Shown: positions 24,201 to 38,745, numbered from the whole stretch's first letter. The stretch is 63,756 nt of DNA, filler included, from Octopus bimaculoides (GCF_001194135.2; 7 parts of 6 records of this genome joined end to end with filler, not necessarily neighbours in it), one strand, 5' to 3'. The notes: generated by a model from the sequence alone, not told the origin. A program made the numbers and translations.

Positions 24201-27200
24201 AATATATCTGAAGTATCATTGAACTCATAGTTTATTACTCTATGCCACATTTGTCATATCTGAGAGGTCTCTCATTTGCATTTCTTTATAATTTCACACA
24301 ATAAAATAATGAAATGTTATTTTTAATTAGCTGCTTCAATTGTTGTTCAACTGACAAAACAGACTCATCTGTTCATTATTTTTAATAAAGCTAACCCCGA
24401 ATATTCGATAAAATGCTGCTTCCTGAAATCAGTTATTTTGCTCACAGTTTTCCTTTTATTCTTTCTAACAGCATCTGTTATAGTTTCAGTAACATTATTG
24501 GAATTTACAATGTCAATGGAAATTTGAAAATGAAAATAAAAGAGAGTAACAGTTGGTAGCCTCTGAGGCACACAATGCTCTGCATGAGGTAAGTTCCGAA
24601 ACAGTTAACGACCATCATCACATATGACAAACAGAATCATATAGAAGTTGCAAACATTTTACTCAGAAGTAGGTATTCAAATTTCTAGCTTGTTTATATT
24701 TAGATCTCTGTCAACTAGGTCAATAGAAATAGCCTTTCCTAAAATAGTAATTAAAAACGTGGCACGCGACGTGATTTGTGCTTGTTCATTTGTTAAGGCG
24801 CATACGCGCATATACATGTCTTATACATATACTTCACTTCACTATTTTCCGAATCAATGTTTCCTGTGGTGTTCTCTCTTTCTCTCACACATATAATCTA
24901 TCTCTCTCTCTCTCTGTATGTATNNNNNNNNNNNNNNNNNNNNNNNNNNNNNNNNNNNNNNNNNNNNNNNNNNNNNNNNNNNNNNNNNNNNNNNNNNNNN
25001 NNNNNNNNNNNNNNNNNNNNNNNATATAATTTCACTGTTACATACACAACAGACAACACTTCAAAACATATCATGTCAGGTTAAATCACCAAAATATAAA
25101 TAGTAATTAGTTTCTTTATATTCACAGACAATAAATATGTTTAGCATATCTCGCTTTTGACATTCACTACAATTATCATATATGGAGAATATTAATGAAG
25201 CGGTGTCAGTAGGTAAATACAAGTTGAGAAATACAGTACTATAAAATGAAGGAAATAAAAACAAAACACTAACAGATAAAAGACAGAAATCATAATTATA
25301 TCATAAGCATTTTCTCTCCGAATTTTGATTGGCTATCCAGTAATTTTGAAACGAATAAAGCGTATGATAAAAAAGAAAGTTGACAAGACAAGAATAGATA
25401 AGTAAATATATGTATGAAAATTATGGAAAAAAGGAAGAAGAGTAACGAATAAGTAAAGGAGGATTTAAACATCGGGATGCAAGTTCAAGTTTATTGAAGT
25501 CAATACATATGCTGTAATATATACAGGTCAATACAGGTGCGTAGGAAAGCAACATAAACCGTTGGGTGTCTACGAACGACTGATTGAGGAAGGATAGAAA
25601 TGTCATTCGAGGACCATTCGAGGACTAACATAAACACACATAAAACTCATTCGAATATTTTGATACGTTCACACACATTCCTTCATATACATAAGCGCGC
25701 GCACACACACACACACACTCTCTCTCTCACACACATGTAACGAGGCATTATAGAAGTGTGATGTTCGAATGTGTAAAATGTGTTATTGCCTATTATGTTG
25801 GTCATATCTATAGAGTTTTATTATAATACAGTGCGACAATTAGTATTTATAAACACGTCCTATGCACATGTTCTCTGTTCAATCCCTGTGTATATACAGA
25901 TATATATATACATAGTGCATAAAATATGATATATAGAGGTGTAGCGAAAATATGTTGTACTGTTTCATGAGGTCAAACTTTTGATAAGAAGCAAGTTTTA
26001 TGTAGCGTACAGGAATGGGCTTGACAATTAGTAAGTACACGTGTGTGTAGCAGTGGAGAGTGAATTGTACTGGTGTTCAAGTGGCGATGTTTATTGTTCA
26101 AGCGGCTGTAAGTTTCAAACTTTTCCTGTTATCCACAAATAGCAAAATATCTAGCGCCATTATGTGGCTCAAAATAAAGCTTGATATGTTTAAGTAGTGG
26201 GAATGTATGTATATGTGTATAAGATCAGAAGAGCGTCGNNNNNNNNNNNNNNNNNNNNNNNNNNNNNNNNNNNNNNNNNNNNNNNNNNNNNNNNNNNNNN
26301 NNNNNNNNNNNNNNNNNNNNNNNNNNNNNNNNNNNNNNNNNNNNNNNNNNNNNNNNNNNNNNNNNNNNNNNNNNNNNNNNNNNNNNNNNNNNNNNNNNNN
26401 NNNNNNNNNNNNNNNNNNNNNNNNNNNNNNNNNNNNNNNNNNNNNNNNNNNNNNNNNNNNNNNNNNNNNNNNNNNNNNNNNNNNNNNNNNNNNNNNNNNN
26501 NNNNNNNNNNNNNNNNNNNNNNNNNNNNNNNNNNNNNNNNNNNNNNNNNNNNNNNNNNNNNNNNNNNNNNNNNNNNNNNNNNATGTAAAGATATTAATCG
26601 TTAAAATAACAGTTCCGTAATGTATCTTCTCATTTCGTGTAAAGAAAAGTGACAAATTAGAGGATATAACCTCATTTATATAGAAGATCAGTAACTAAAT
26701 ACAACATACAAAAGAGAAACGAACACGCAATGCTGCAGAAAAGTATTAAAAATAACCGTTTACGGATATGGAGAAGATGGTTTTAGAATGGACTGATCCA
26801 GTTGTAGATAGCAGAGTGTAACGAGAGTTGTGATAGCTGTGTCTCAGTTCCCTGATACTAAAACATGTGGCCGAGTATATATATATATATGTATATATAT
26901 TTCAGCTACGTATAAACTACAAATAATAGTCTTTCTTATAGATCAAATCTGATTTGCTTTTAGGTCCGTTCAGATTTTGTGATATATGCATTAAAATCTA
27001 TATTTAGATTAACATTGATATCTGAATATTAGGATAAGAATATAAAACACATATATTCTTCAGTTAATTTTTCATTGAATCTTCAGATATTATATTTGTA
27101 CGAGTCTCTCGACCATTAAGCATGGAGTGAGAAGCATATTCGTATTTGCAAACGGAAAGAATTTCTCTAGATTACCCAAAGTATGTAGTAGGGATTTCAT

Positions 27201-28117
27201 TTCATTATACGACTGAGCCACGCATTTAAAATCAGTAGTCATAGTTTGTGTATTATAATGACGAAAGTATTTACTGTTACAAGTTCAAGAATATTTATTT
27301 AAAATCATTTGGAATAAAGCAGTGTGTATTGTCTGGTGTCACCTCATTTATATATTTGATTAATGACTCTGATGAAACGTAATTCATATCAAAGATAATG
27401 GAGTTGTACATCATATTTTCTGTTTCAGTGTTTTCAAAAGTATAATTGTAATACGATTAAATAATATTGATAATAAATTAAATATAATTAACTGAATTAC
27501 TTTCATCCTTTCTGTGTCTACATTTCTCACGTACTTTAGCAAGTTAAATGAGTGGAAATGACTTTAAAATTATTATAGAATACTAAACTTTAAAACTATC
27601 AGAAATATCTTCAACTATTCCTTTTACTTCGTTTGTTTTTACGATATTTTATTTCGGTTTGATGTCTATGTTAACTTATGCGTTATGAAAGTAAGAGTTG
27701 TATGTAATAAAACTTTGGTTTGTGACAATTTTGACAAATACTATTCAAAGAGTGAATATTAATTTTTGATGGAATTGTTAAACTTGACATAAATGCGATT
27801 TTCTAAATATGTCTCAATCAAAACTTAGCTGTCTTCAAACTTCACGAGGATTAATAATTAAATCACAGTTTTTCCTATAAAAAGTTATTACTTTAGAAAA
27901 TAAATATGTGTATTGTTTGTTAAAACATTTGACATATGAAATTCGGAAGTTTTATATTAGTTCATGTTCCGGTAAACAAATATAATAAACCCAAATGTAT
28001 TCAAAGATGAGATAGCAAATTTCTTTACCTCAAGTAATTCACTTATATAAAACTGATCTTAGCTGTAGGTATTGTTATTATTAATGAATAAATTAAACTC
28101 AACTCAAAAATATCATA

Positions 28118-28198
28118 ATGAGTGTAATAATAATTATTATTATAATTATAACAACTACATCATCAACAACAACAACAACAACAATAATAACGATGATG

Positions 28199-28271
<73 letters not shown>

Positions 28272-28354
28272 TAATAATAATAATAATAACAATAATAATT
28301 TCAACTACATCATGGACAACAACAACAACAACAGCAACAACAAGAATAACAATG

Positions 28355-28426
<72 letters not shown>

Positions 28427-28430
28427 TCTC
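28118..28430. repeat. (AAT)n/(AAC)n microsatellite
   Basis: Direct reading. Confidence 0.95.
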
Positions 28431-28581
28431 TTATAGGCACAAAGATTGGGTAGTAAATTACATCCTTCTCAATGATTCACGGTAAAATTAATGAAATGAC
28501 GCTAAGCATTTTATTATACGCGCTAACAATTCTGCCAAATCGTTGCCAGTCATCCATTTTTATTTATATTATTATTATTAC

Positions 28582-28616
<35 letters not shown>

Positions 28617-28699
28617 TTAAGCAATACGCATACGTACAGGAATTTCACCGTGAGGAAAATGCATACTGGATTATGTGTTGCCTTCAAACACAAGGAACG

Positions 28700-31395
28700 T
28701 GATCCTCTCAGATTCTAGGTAATTCGGCGCCGAAAAAAGTCAGTTTCCAAAACGTATGAATGAAAGCTCCCATTAAGACGTTAATTTCAGACAATGTCCC
28801 TTCATGCACATCAACTTTATCAGACGCTGCAAGAAAAAGGCATTGAATAAAACATGAATATTTTAAAAGCGTATAATACCATAGTGTACTTTCCATAGCG
28901 CAGTTCTTATAGAGAACAAATATACTTTAATTGGATGAAAAAAAATTATCAATAGACTAAATCCTGATGACAATAATTTGGCTGATTTTCGCCGTCCTAT
29001 CGTAAAGAGATTTTGTAAACTAACATGGAAATTCCACAGCGTGTACAAGAAGACGTTCTTCAAAATGCTGAAGTAAATAATACTGCAAAATATCCCTCCA
29101 CCTCAGACATGGTACATTGTAAGAAAAAATAACCAAACTGAGCTATCCAGCAAATAGTCACACACCTTAAATGAGACTTACGTCTTGAGCTATACTTACT
29201 CAGACACTGTTTTTTTTTTCAATGAAGATGCAGAGCGTTTACCGGAGAAGTCGTAAGTCAGATACCAATCCGTGTGTGTTGATAATTTTATTTCTTACAT
29301 CCATCTTGAGTGAAATTGAAGTAGATTTTACCTGACTGAATTTTCTAGTTTCTAGCGCAGTTTCAATAATTACCATACGGAGAAGTATCCAATGAAAAAC
29401 AAAAACGGCAGAACATGTACAGAATGAATCCAGCATGACAAGTAAGAATTAGGGATGACAGAAAACTGATGTTAAAAAACTCAAAGGAAATAGTGCAGTC
29501 CTAAAATCTAAGAAACTGAAAAAGAGCACATGCGGTACTGAAATCAAAGAAATAATCGAAAGAAACTGGAACAAATGATCTAAGTCAGAGCAGAAAATAC
29601 TATATAACCTAAGAGAGAAAATAAAAACACAAAATCACTTCAAAAATAGCACTACGCACATATAGACACTTAAAATCTTCTACAGAAAAAAAAATGAAAA
29701 TAAATTTTGAAGGCACATCCAACAAGGAGAATGTAGAAAATTTTCGGAAATCAATCTGGTAGAATCCAGAAAAAAGTCATGAATTTACTCGGATTCCTCT
29801 GCAAGGCAAAAATTCTGAACATATCAAAGCGAAAATATGACAAAAATATCTCAGATATATATAATTTAGAATTGCAATGGAAAAATCGAGCAAATGGAAA
29901 TCAGCTGAAAGAGATAAAAAAACATAACTTCTGACTTAATGCTCACCCGAATTCTCATGTGTGATTAAACAATTTGTCAGAAACCTGCATACCTGACCCT
30001 AGGATAAAATCCCTCCTTGGCCAATTATAACTTACTGCCCAAATGTTATAAGTCTAATGACATTTTATAACCATTATTACTGAATGCATTGATATTTTTA
30101 CGATGGTGGAGATTATATTGCTAAAAAAAGGCTGTAAAAGAATCTTGTAAGGGTGTAAAGATAGGCTTTTTATCAATAACATGTTGATAGAGAACTGTCA
30201 TGAATGATACAATAAAATTTCCATTGCATGATTTGAATAAAAAAGCATTGAAAATCTTGCACTATAAATACATTGAGAAATATTGGGAAATCTACAATAT
30301 CGCTACGGTTATTAGTAGTTTTCTATTAAATATTGTAAAGCTCTGAAATTAAAACTCTAACATTGAATTCAGAGGCAAATACTGTAAACGCCGAATGAAG
30401 CATTTTACAAAGTGATTCCCTATCAAAAGCTCTCTTTTGCTTCATAGCCGTTCACTGATATAAGCTGTTAAGTGTCACGAAAGATCTGCAGAATATACAA
30501 CGAATCAATCAATTACGCGTATGATTTTAAATTTTTCGTGAAATTTGGTCAAAAATGGAATGCCATTCATCTATAATAAAAACAAAATTCTGACGTTATT
30601 GTGATATGCCTAGTTTGGCCTCGAAAACAAAAACGCTAAAGCGACAATATTTAAATTAAAACCCTTGAAAACTGCACAAAAATACCATAATTGTGTACAA
30701 AAATCGGCTTAATATGGATAATTCAATGGCATGTTTAAACGCACCGGCATCCCACGAAAAGGAGGTGACCGTGGACTGATGTAGTTGCAACAGCTTCTAA
30801 AATATCATTCTTCCGCTTAGACACGTTTCTAAATATTATTCGTGAATGAAGGTTTGAAGTTGCTTGCAAATATGAATATTATTTGGTTCTACAAGCAATA
30901 ATATAGGAGGCAGAAATATATGCAAAGGAAGTGAAACTCCTCTAGACTTGGGCGCGACTAGTTGAAAAAGAACACACGGCGTTAACTAAACAAATATATT
31001 TTACAAGAAATAATAGAATCTCGAACATGGGTGATAGAAGGTAATGCTAGCTAAATGATAAATACCCTGGAAGAGCCAGTGACTTTGAAGATAATACAAA
31101 TATTATTTTTCATTGGCCAGATGCATCTCGATTTAAATTTGACATCGCGGCCATCATTAGAGCCAGTAAGAATCAATAGCTTGTCACATGATATTACTAA
31201 AGCAATAGCGTTGAAAATGGTATTGATTATTCCGGCACTTTCTTGATGCAACTGGCCAAAACATTGACCAGTATGTCTTTGGACACCTCAGATTGGTTAG
31301 TATTTATACTAGATCGAGCTAGTCAGCATTTACACTTGAATATATGCCATCAGCTTCAATTTCCATATATCAGTTACTGAGAATATAATAGCGGT
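28700..31395 (+). mobile_element. Decayed R4/Dong-type (RLE) non-LTR retrotransposon
   Basis: Fragments: LADFRRPIVK; ENFRKSIW (cf. FW..IW); KWKSAERDKKHNF (cf. NWK.PG.D.I.NFW); KGCK..CKGCKDRLFINNML; SILQSDSLSKALFC (cf. GIFQGDSLSPLLFC); KGGDRGL; AAIIRASKNQ. Many stops. Confidence 0.72.
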
Positions 31396-31495
31396 NNNNN
31401 NNNNNNNNNNNNNNNNNNNNNNNNNNNNNNNNNNNNNNNTTAATTAATTAANNNNNNNNNNNNNNNNNNNNNNNNNNNNNNNNNNNNNNNNNNNN
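31396..31495. other. Artificial 100-bp scaffold linker
   Basis: 44N-TTAATTAATTAA-44N. Confidence 0.9.
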
Positions 31496-31860
31496 ACACT
31501 AGTGCTATACTAGGTGCAATCAATGGGAGCGGGTAAAAGTGGAGGTTTTACCCAAAATTTGTGTAACAATTAGAAAATGGAGGATAATATGCTGAACCCA
31601 ACTACTTGCAGACGGTGTATCCCGTTGAATTCATTAATTTAATTCATAGCAAAAGTGACAAAAAAGGAAGAAAAGAGAAAGAAAGAACCAAAGCACAGGT
31701 GTCCATGGCAGACTATGTTATTTTGCCAACATGGTTTACATATAGAAGTACAAAGTACATAAGGAATTAGAGGATGAACAGAAGTTTAATCTTACAGCTG
31801 TTTCGGCCTAGTTTTGGCAGGCCCCATTCTATCCGAAATATATATATATATATTTGAATT

Positions 31861-32540
31861 CAGGGTGCGTAAGATATTTGAGGACAGATTTATTTTTATA
31901 TTAAAAACAGATATATATAATAACAGATAATAACTTTAACAAAAAAATGCTCTGAGTATAAAAATAAACCTTTTCAACAACTGCTTCTATATGAGATCTA
32001 AATTATCTACGTGCTCGAAGCAAGTGGTCCTGGTTCATTTAGGACATTAGTCTGACTATGGCAGCTTTCAAGGAATCTTTGGTGTTATGGGCTTGTTCAT
32101 TGACTTCTCTCTCCACACTCCACATGTAATAGACCAACGGACTGAGATCTGAAGATGTAGGAGGCCAAATGTTAGGGGTTATGTTATCGTGAAAATTTTC
32201 TGTCATCCATTACTGTATTACTAGGGTCATGTGTGATAATGCATGTGTGATAATGTTTCTTACTGAAACGCATATGGTCTTCCATTACATACACTGTCTA
32301 TCCAGGACGTAAGAATTATTTCTGGGACCTCAAAGTAAGCGGCAGAGTTAACTCTAAGGGCTTGTGGAAAGAAGTAAGGAGGCACCACATGTCCTTCATT
32401 TCTGACAACCCATAAAACCATAGCATCTGCAGGAAAGTTTGTATGCATAACACCCTCTCTGAAGACGGCTTACTCAGTTTATGGAATCCTACTCAATATC
32501 ATGATCCACATGGTTGTCTATTCCACTGGCTATAAGAGAT
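31861..32540 (-). mobile_element. Tc1/mariner-superfamily transposon, 3' half
   Basis: TNFPADAMVLWVVRNEGHVVPPYFFPQALRVNS...WIDSVCNGRPYAFQ, then WPPTSSDLSPLVYYMW (cf. WPP.SPDLNP.DY). TIR-like end CAGGGTG at 31861. Confidence 0.8.
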
Positions 32541-32624
32541 TCTATATGTTTATATTCTCTATCTAAATTAAATGTTATTTTTTTCGAGTGATGTCAACCG
32601 TTTCACTGTTTTCATTTTTTACTG

Positions 32625-32706
<82 letters not shown>

Positions 32707-33991
32707 CATACGTATATACGCACTCACACACATATGGGCAGATGATTATTTACCCCAAATTTTCCCTTTGCTTTAGATCTTGCCTCTATCATAGTTATTT
32801 TCTTTCAGAAGCGAGTTTCCTTGTATGTAATGTAATAAATCACAAAAATGTTTGTTGTCTAATTAGATATGTCAACATTTTATTACTTTTGTACCATTTC
32901 ATGTAAATATTCATTTGAATCTTGTTTGTATATTTTTGCACTTCGTTTTAAAAATTATTTTTCTTTTAAATGATCTGGTGCTAAATATTAACAATTCGTA
33001 GAGACTTGTTTCTAGTCAAAATAGTAATTTTTTTAATTTATACTTTTGTATTCTTGTTGTCTGAAACAGGAACTTTCTTTATTGCCATAGGCTACGGTTT
33101 AAGAGTTCAAGTATGATTTATGAGTATAAGTTAAATTTGTAAATGCATGTAAACATAATCGCTTTTTGTAAGATACTGATGTAAACTCCGACAACAAATA
33201 TCTTTACATGATCTGTAGATACCTAAACTGATACGCATGCGCCAAAAGTAGCGCATTAGATTATGAGAAATACTGTATCCCACATCATACACCTTTGATA
33301 CGCGTTTGATGGTAAGGCAAGAGTCAGCGTCTGTCCATCGCAGCTATTTGCCGTCATTTTATAGTTAACTCCAACGGTACAGAATTAAGCTTCGTACGTA
33401 ATTTGTGAATATCTGTGGCTTTGTACTTCTTTTGCTTTATTTTTCTTTTTTACTTTTTGTGAAAATTAATCCTTCTTTATACTTCCCCCATCATATTGGA
33501 ACAGAAAATTAATAGAAAATCATAACCAATGTAGAATCAATGAATAGTGGACATTGAGCCATTGTTTGTAGCGGTTCCTTCAGGAAAACATTTGTGTATT
33601 ATTCGTGAAAATAGTTTCTCACGTAAACGATATTATCTTTATAGAAATTACACAACACCACATCTGGCTATAACGGAAGGGAAATTTAATCCAGCGCTTG
33701 AGTCAAAGTTACAGACATGATAATCAATTAAGAAAATAATTAAATCAAAACAACAGTAAATATTTTAATTGGAATTAGTTGAGGGAGTATAAATATGAAA
33801 GAAGTAGCTCTCTAAATCGTTTTTAACTATGACCAAATTAAAATAAACTGAAACTGTTCACTTATAGAAAATAAATTGTTAGAATTTTTTCTAAATATTT
33901 GCAAACGCTCGTATTCTTAAAACTATCGGAAGAGCAGTATACGAATTTGCTCTGTCAAAGCAAAAATGTATAGGTATTACCAAAAACTCTT

Positions 33992-34140
33992 CAAGGCGGC
34001 GAGCTGAGAGAATCGTTAGCAGACCGGGCATAATAATCAGCGGCATTTTGCTCGTCATTCCATTCAGAATTCAAATTCTATCGAGATCGATTTTTTTTTT
34101 TTTGCTTTTATCTTTACGGAGTGAATAAAATAAGTATAAT
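33992..34140 (+). mobile_element. SINE family A, degenerate
   Basis: AAGGCGGCGAGCTGAGAGAATCGTTAGCAGACCGGG...AATTCAAATTCT...ATAAAATAAGTA. Confidence 0.65.
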
Positions 34141-34573
34141 CTTATACCCTCACCACCATCACCGCCGCCAACACCACCATCACCGCCGCCAATACCACCA
34201 CCACCACCAAAACAATTGCTGGCTTTGTACCAAAATTTGAAACTAATATTACTATCAGTTTTTTTACTATCTCTTTTGATGAATTCCCTCTCTTTTACCT
34301 TCAGGAGACTGCAGACTCAGGATGTTTCTTCATGCATTCTTCTCAGATGGTTTTGGATCTTGTACAAATTTTACAAAATATCTACCGAAACAAACAGTGG
34401 TACTTATTATAATATGTAATAGTCTAATGAAGTAATATTAAATAGTCTGAATGACAAACAGTTAGCGGAAATCTGACTGTTATTTTATGTAGAAATGGAG
34501 TATTCCTCCTTGCCTCGTATATATTTTTAGTATGTTTATGCATCGTTGTATCTGCATGTAGTTTCAAAATTAA

Positions 34574-34865
34574 TAAGGGAGGGCTGAAAAGTTCCTGGTT
34601 TTAAGTGTATCGCGAAAAGCCTGGTTGGAGGCTCAACCATTCGAGTCCTTTTACAGGGTTTAAAAGTAACCGAAGGGCTTAGATAAACTGCAATAGTATG
34701 TGAATCTGAGAGAGGAATATGTGCGTGAATCTGAGAGAGGAATATGTGCGTGAATCTGAGAGAGGAATATGTGCGTGAATCTGAGAGAGGAATACAATCA
34801 TAATTCACTGATCCACCTGGATTTTCTTTTACCCAAAGCCAGGAACTTTTCGGCACCCTCTCGTA
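34574..34865. mobile_element. Mariner-derived MITE with internal 25-bp tandem array
   Basis: Same TIRs as 383-607. Unit GTGAATCTGAGAGAGGAATATGTGC x3.8 at 34700-34794. Confidence 0.78.
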
Positions 34866-34966
34866 CATATAAAGATTCGTAAAAGCATAGAATAGCGAGC
34901 TAGAAATGTCTATATAGTGTTTCCGAGAACAATAAACGAAATATGCTAAGAAACGTTTGTTTAGAT

Positions 34967-35309
34967 CAGTAGTTCTCAACCAGGGCCCATACGGTCCCTG
35001 AGGGTCGATATAAAATTTTATGGGGCCCCACGTAAAAAATTAGTAAATAGTATTTTAAGGACCCCTGGAAAAAAATTTTGCTTTAGATGTGTGTATTGGT
35101 ATGTATTGCAAGAAGCTGTTATATTTCTTTCTGTAGCATTTTACATAGTTCAACCTGTACAAGTTAATATGTAAAAAACAAAATCGGAATTTTGGGAGAA
35201 GATTTTATGAAACTAGTTTCTAAGCATTGAATAAGTGTGGTGGTCCACCAGTAAAAATAATAATCACAGGGGTCCATAGATAAAAAAAAAAAACGGTTGC
35301 GAAACCCTG
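34967..35309. mobile_element. hAT/Charlie-like non-autonomous element
   Basis: TIRs CAGTAGTTCTCAACC / GGTTGCGAAACCCTG. Partially matching 8-bp flanks GTTTAGAT / GTTTGAAA. Confidence 0.6.
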
Positions 35310-36122
35310 GTTTGAAACTTCAGAAAGGGAGTGCATCAACCATATTCCTTAAGTGACTACGAGTCATTTATCAGCCTTTCCCCTATGCGATCATTCATCG
35401 CTCCTTTTTTATCACTTCAAAAATAGTTAGACCGGAGTACTAAAAACAGAACACTATTAACAGCAGTATTCATTATAACATACGCACAAATCTTAAAACA
35501 TTGCATATGTCTATCTAAATATAGGTGTTGTTTATGTTATTTCTACTGAGACAAGCGTTGTTACATCAGAAACCGAGATAGGGAAGAGTTAGTTAGGAAG
35601 ATAATAGCAGAGAGGATGAGGGAAGATGATGATGGAGAGGGAGAGGAATGATTAAGTTCAAAATAAAGAAAATTTTTAACAGTGAAAATGGAGGAAATGT
35701 TGAAAGGTAGCAGTAAAGGGGTGAATGTGTAACTTCATATGATTGTGTGCGGCTTGTCGTCTTAAATGTATATATATATATATATATATATNNNNNNNNN
35801 NNNNNNNNNNNNNNNNNNNNNNNNNNNNNNNNNNNNNNNNNNNNNNNNNNNNNNNNNNNNNNNNNNNNNNNNNNNNNNNNNNNNNNNNNNNNNNNNNNNN
35901 NNNNNNNNNNNNNNNNNNNNNNNNNNNNNNNNNNNNNNNNNNNNNNNNNNNNNNNNNNNNNNNNNNNNNNNNNNNNNNNNNNNNNNNNNNNNNNNNNNNN
36001 NNNNNNNNNNNNNNNNNNNNNNNNNNNNNNNNNNNNNNNNNNNNNNNNNNNNNNNNNNNNNNNNNNNNNNNNNNNNNNNNNNNNNNNNNNNNNNNNNNNN
36101 NNNNNNNNNNNNNNNNNNNNNN

Positions 36123-36189
<67 letters not shown>

Positions 36190-36904
36190 GTATGTATGTA
36201 TGCATGTATTCACACACACATATACACACACACAGACACACTCAAACACACACACACTCACACACACATACATACACGCACACACTCACACACACATATA
36301 GATATACACATATATCGAGAGAGGGGGAGACAGAAGGTGTCGTGAGAGACGCACAAACACGTGTGTATGTTTGTATCTGCACGCGCAACGTATATCTCCA
36401 TACATATGCTTAAAGTGTAGAAGGGGATCCAAGAGAGAAAAAAAAGAGAGAGTGAGAAGAGGGAAGAGACGGTTTTAAAAAAAGCGAGTTAGCTTAAAAA
36501 GTAAAAACATTTATGTGAGGAGAGAAACGAGATGCTTTTTTTTTTTTTTTTTCAAAGATAAATGTATAGATATGAAGTAATGGATATAGTTGTATAAGGA
36601 AGTGTAGATATTCAGCAATGTTGTTGACATGGACATTGACTTGATAGTATACACCTGTAAAGAGTGACAGAGACAGATCGAATCACGCTTCAGGATGAGT
36701 GATAACAATCATTTTCAAAACAGTGGAGTGCGGTAGGTAGGGAGAATGATAACACGTCGTTGAGACAATAACAGCAAGAAGGGCTCCCTAGAAGAGAGAA
36801 AATGGAAATATAATCCTTCCTCGTCCCTTCATTTCACATTCTCCTCCTCTTCAACCTCTTTCATTTTCTCTGTTTTTGCGTTACGTTGTTGATTTTGCTG
36901 TTAT

Positions 36905-36951
36905 TGTTTCCTTCTTCTTCTTCTTCTTCTTCATTATTATTATTGTCATTG

Positions 36952-37022
<71 letters not shown>
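36905..37022. repeat. (TTC)n-(ATT)n microsatellite
   Basis: Direct reading. Confidence 0.95.
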
Positions 37023-37024
<2 letters not shown>

Positions 37025-37611
37025 AGCGGCGAGCTAGCAAAATCTTTAGCGCACNNNNNNNNNNNNNNNNNNNNNNNNNNNNNNNNNNNNNNNNNNNNNN
37101 NNNNNNNNNNNNNNNNNNNNNNNNNNNNNNNNNNNNNNNNNNNNNNNNNNNNNNNNNNNNNNNNNNNNNNNNNNNNNNNNNNNNNNNNNNNNNNNNNNNN
37201 NNNNNNNNNNNNNNNNNNNNNNNNNNNNNNNNNNNNNNNNNNNNNNNNNNNNNNNNNNNNNNNNNNNNNNNNNNNNNNNNNNNNNNNNNNNNNNNNNNNN
37301 NNNNNNNNNNNNNNNNNNNNNNNNNNNNNNNNNNNNNNNNNNNNNNNNNNNNNNNNNNNNNNNNNNNNNNNNNNNNNNNNNNNNNNNNNNNNNNNNNTAA
37401 CACGAAATGATTAGATTTTGGGATCGATCCGGATTCTGGATTATTTTTCGTGTTTTTTTTTTCTTCTTACTTAATTTTTGAGAACGGTCGGGTTCATTTT
37501 TAGTATTCTCGTTTGTGAGAGCAGTCGAGTTTATTTTAGATATTCTCATTTTAAAAATCATCTCTGGCTAAGTGTTACCTTGGCAGAGGTTTGTGCTCTC
37601 TGATGCTCTTA

Positions 37612-38360
37612 TTATTATTATTGTTGTTGTTGTTATTCAGTGGTCTTATTTTTATCATATGCCTTCACTGCACTACCGAGTGCAGCTCTGTGTGCCTTGA
37701 GTACGTGCTGTAGTTTGTTATGATGCTCTTATTTTTATTATATTGAAAGTGTTTTACGTAGGATGTGTGCGGTGCCTAGTAGTGCTAGTTTCTATATGTT
37801 ATATATACTTGTTAATCCTAGTGTCTTTGTTGTGTATTTGTCTGAATATTTTTTATTATACATAATGCGACTACTATGATAGGAATTGTTTCTGTTTTTA
37901 GACTCCACATTCGAGTTACCACTATTTCCAGATCTTCGTATTTTGAGAGTTTCTCGTTTTTTATTTTTTATTTTTAGAGAAACATTGTCAACTGTTGGTA
38001 TGGATACATCTCATTTTCAGTGACTTCTTCTGATATTTGCTCATGCCACGTCTTTGCTCTTTGTAGGCCGGGATTTCCAAAGACCTCCAAATGGATCATT
38101 CTTGTCACATTATCATGGAGTCTTTTCCATTCGCGTTGTGCCAATTTCAGTTATTCACTAATGATGTGCACACTGTTTCACCCCTCTCACCACACATTCT
38201 GCATTTGTCACTATCGGTAGTGTTGTCTATTCTTCACCTCATATAGTTGGTCCTTAACGCTTGTTCCTAAGCTGCGCATATGAGTGCTTCTCTATCTATC
38301 TTTAGGTCACTCACCCTCATCTACATTCACCGGTCCTCTGTATTTGTCTTGGCGTTCACA
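37612..38360 (-). mobile_element. 3' fragment of R4/Dong-type LINE (zinc knuckle + RLE domain + 3' tail)
   Basis: EALICAA*EQALRTNY...SDKCRMCGERGETV; EKLSKYEDLEIVVTRMW; (AAC/AAT)n tail at ~37612-37635. Confidence 0.8.
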
Positions 38361-38426
38361 TCTCTCGCAAACTGACCGTACATTTTCTTTTCCTTCCATG
38401 ACTTTTCTTCTTTTGTTTATTTCTTG

Positions 38427-38539
<113 letters not shown>

Positions 38540-38544
38540 TTATT

Positions 38545-38745
38545 AAGGCTGCAAGTTGTCAGAATCGTTAGCACACCGGACGAAATGCTTAGCAGTATAT
38601 CGTCCGTCTTTACGCCAAGGTCGACTTTGCCTTTCATCCTTTCGGAGTCGATTAAATAAATACCAGTCATGCACTGAGGTCGATGTAATCGACTTACTCC
38701 CATACCCCAAATTCCGGACCTTGTACTTGTAGTAGAAAGGATTAT
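38545..38745 (+). mobile_element. SINE family A
   Basis: AGAATCGTTAGCACACCGGACGAAATGCTTAGCAG...GTCGACTTTGCCTTTCATCCTTTCGGAGTCGATTAAATAAATACCAG. Confidence 0.78.

Noticed and set aside
34700-34794. CRISPR-like array
   Set aside because: Tandem units with no spacers, inside a eukaryotic MITE, and no cas genes.
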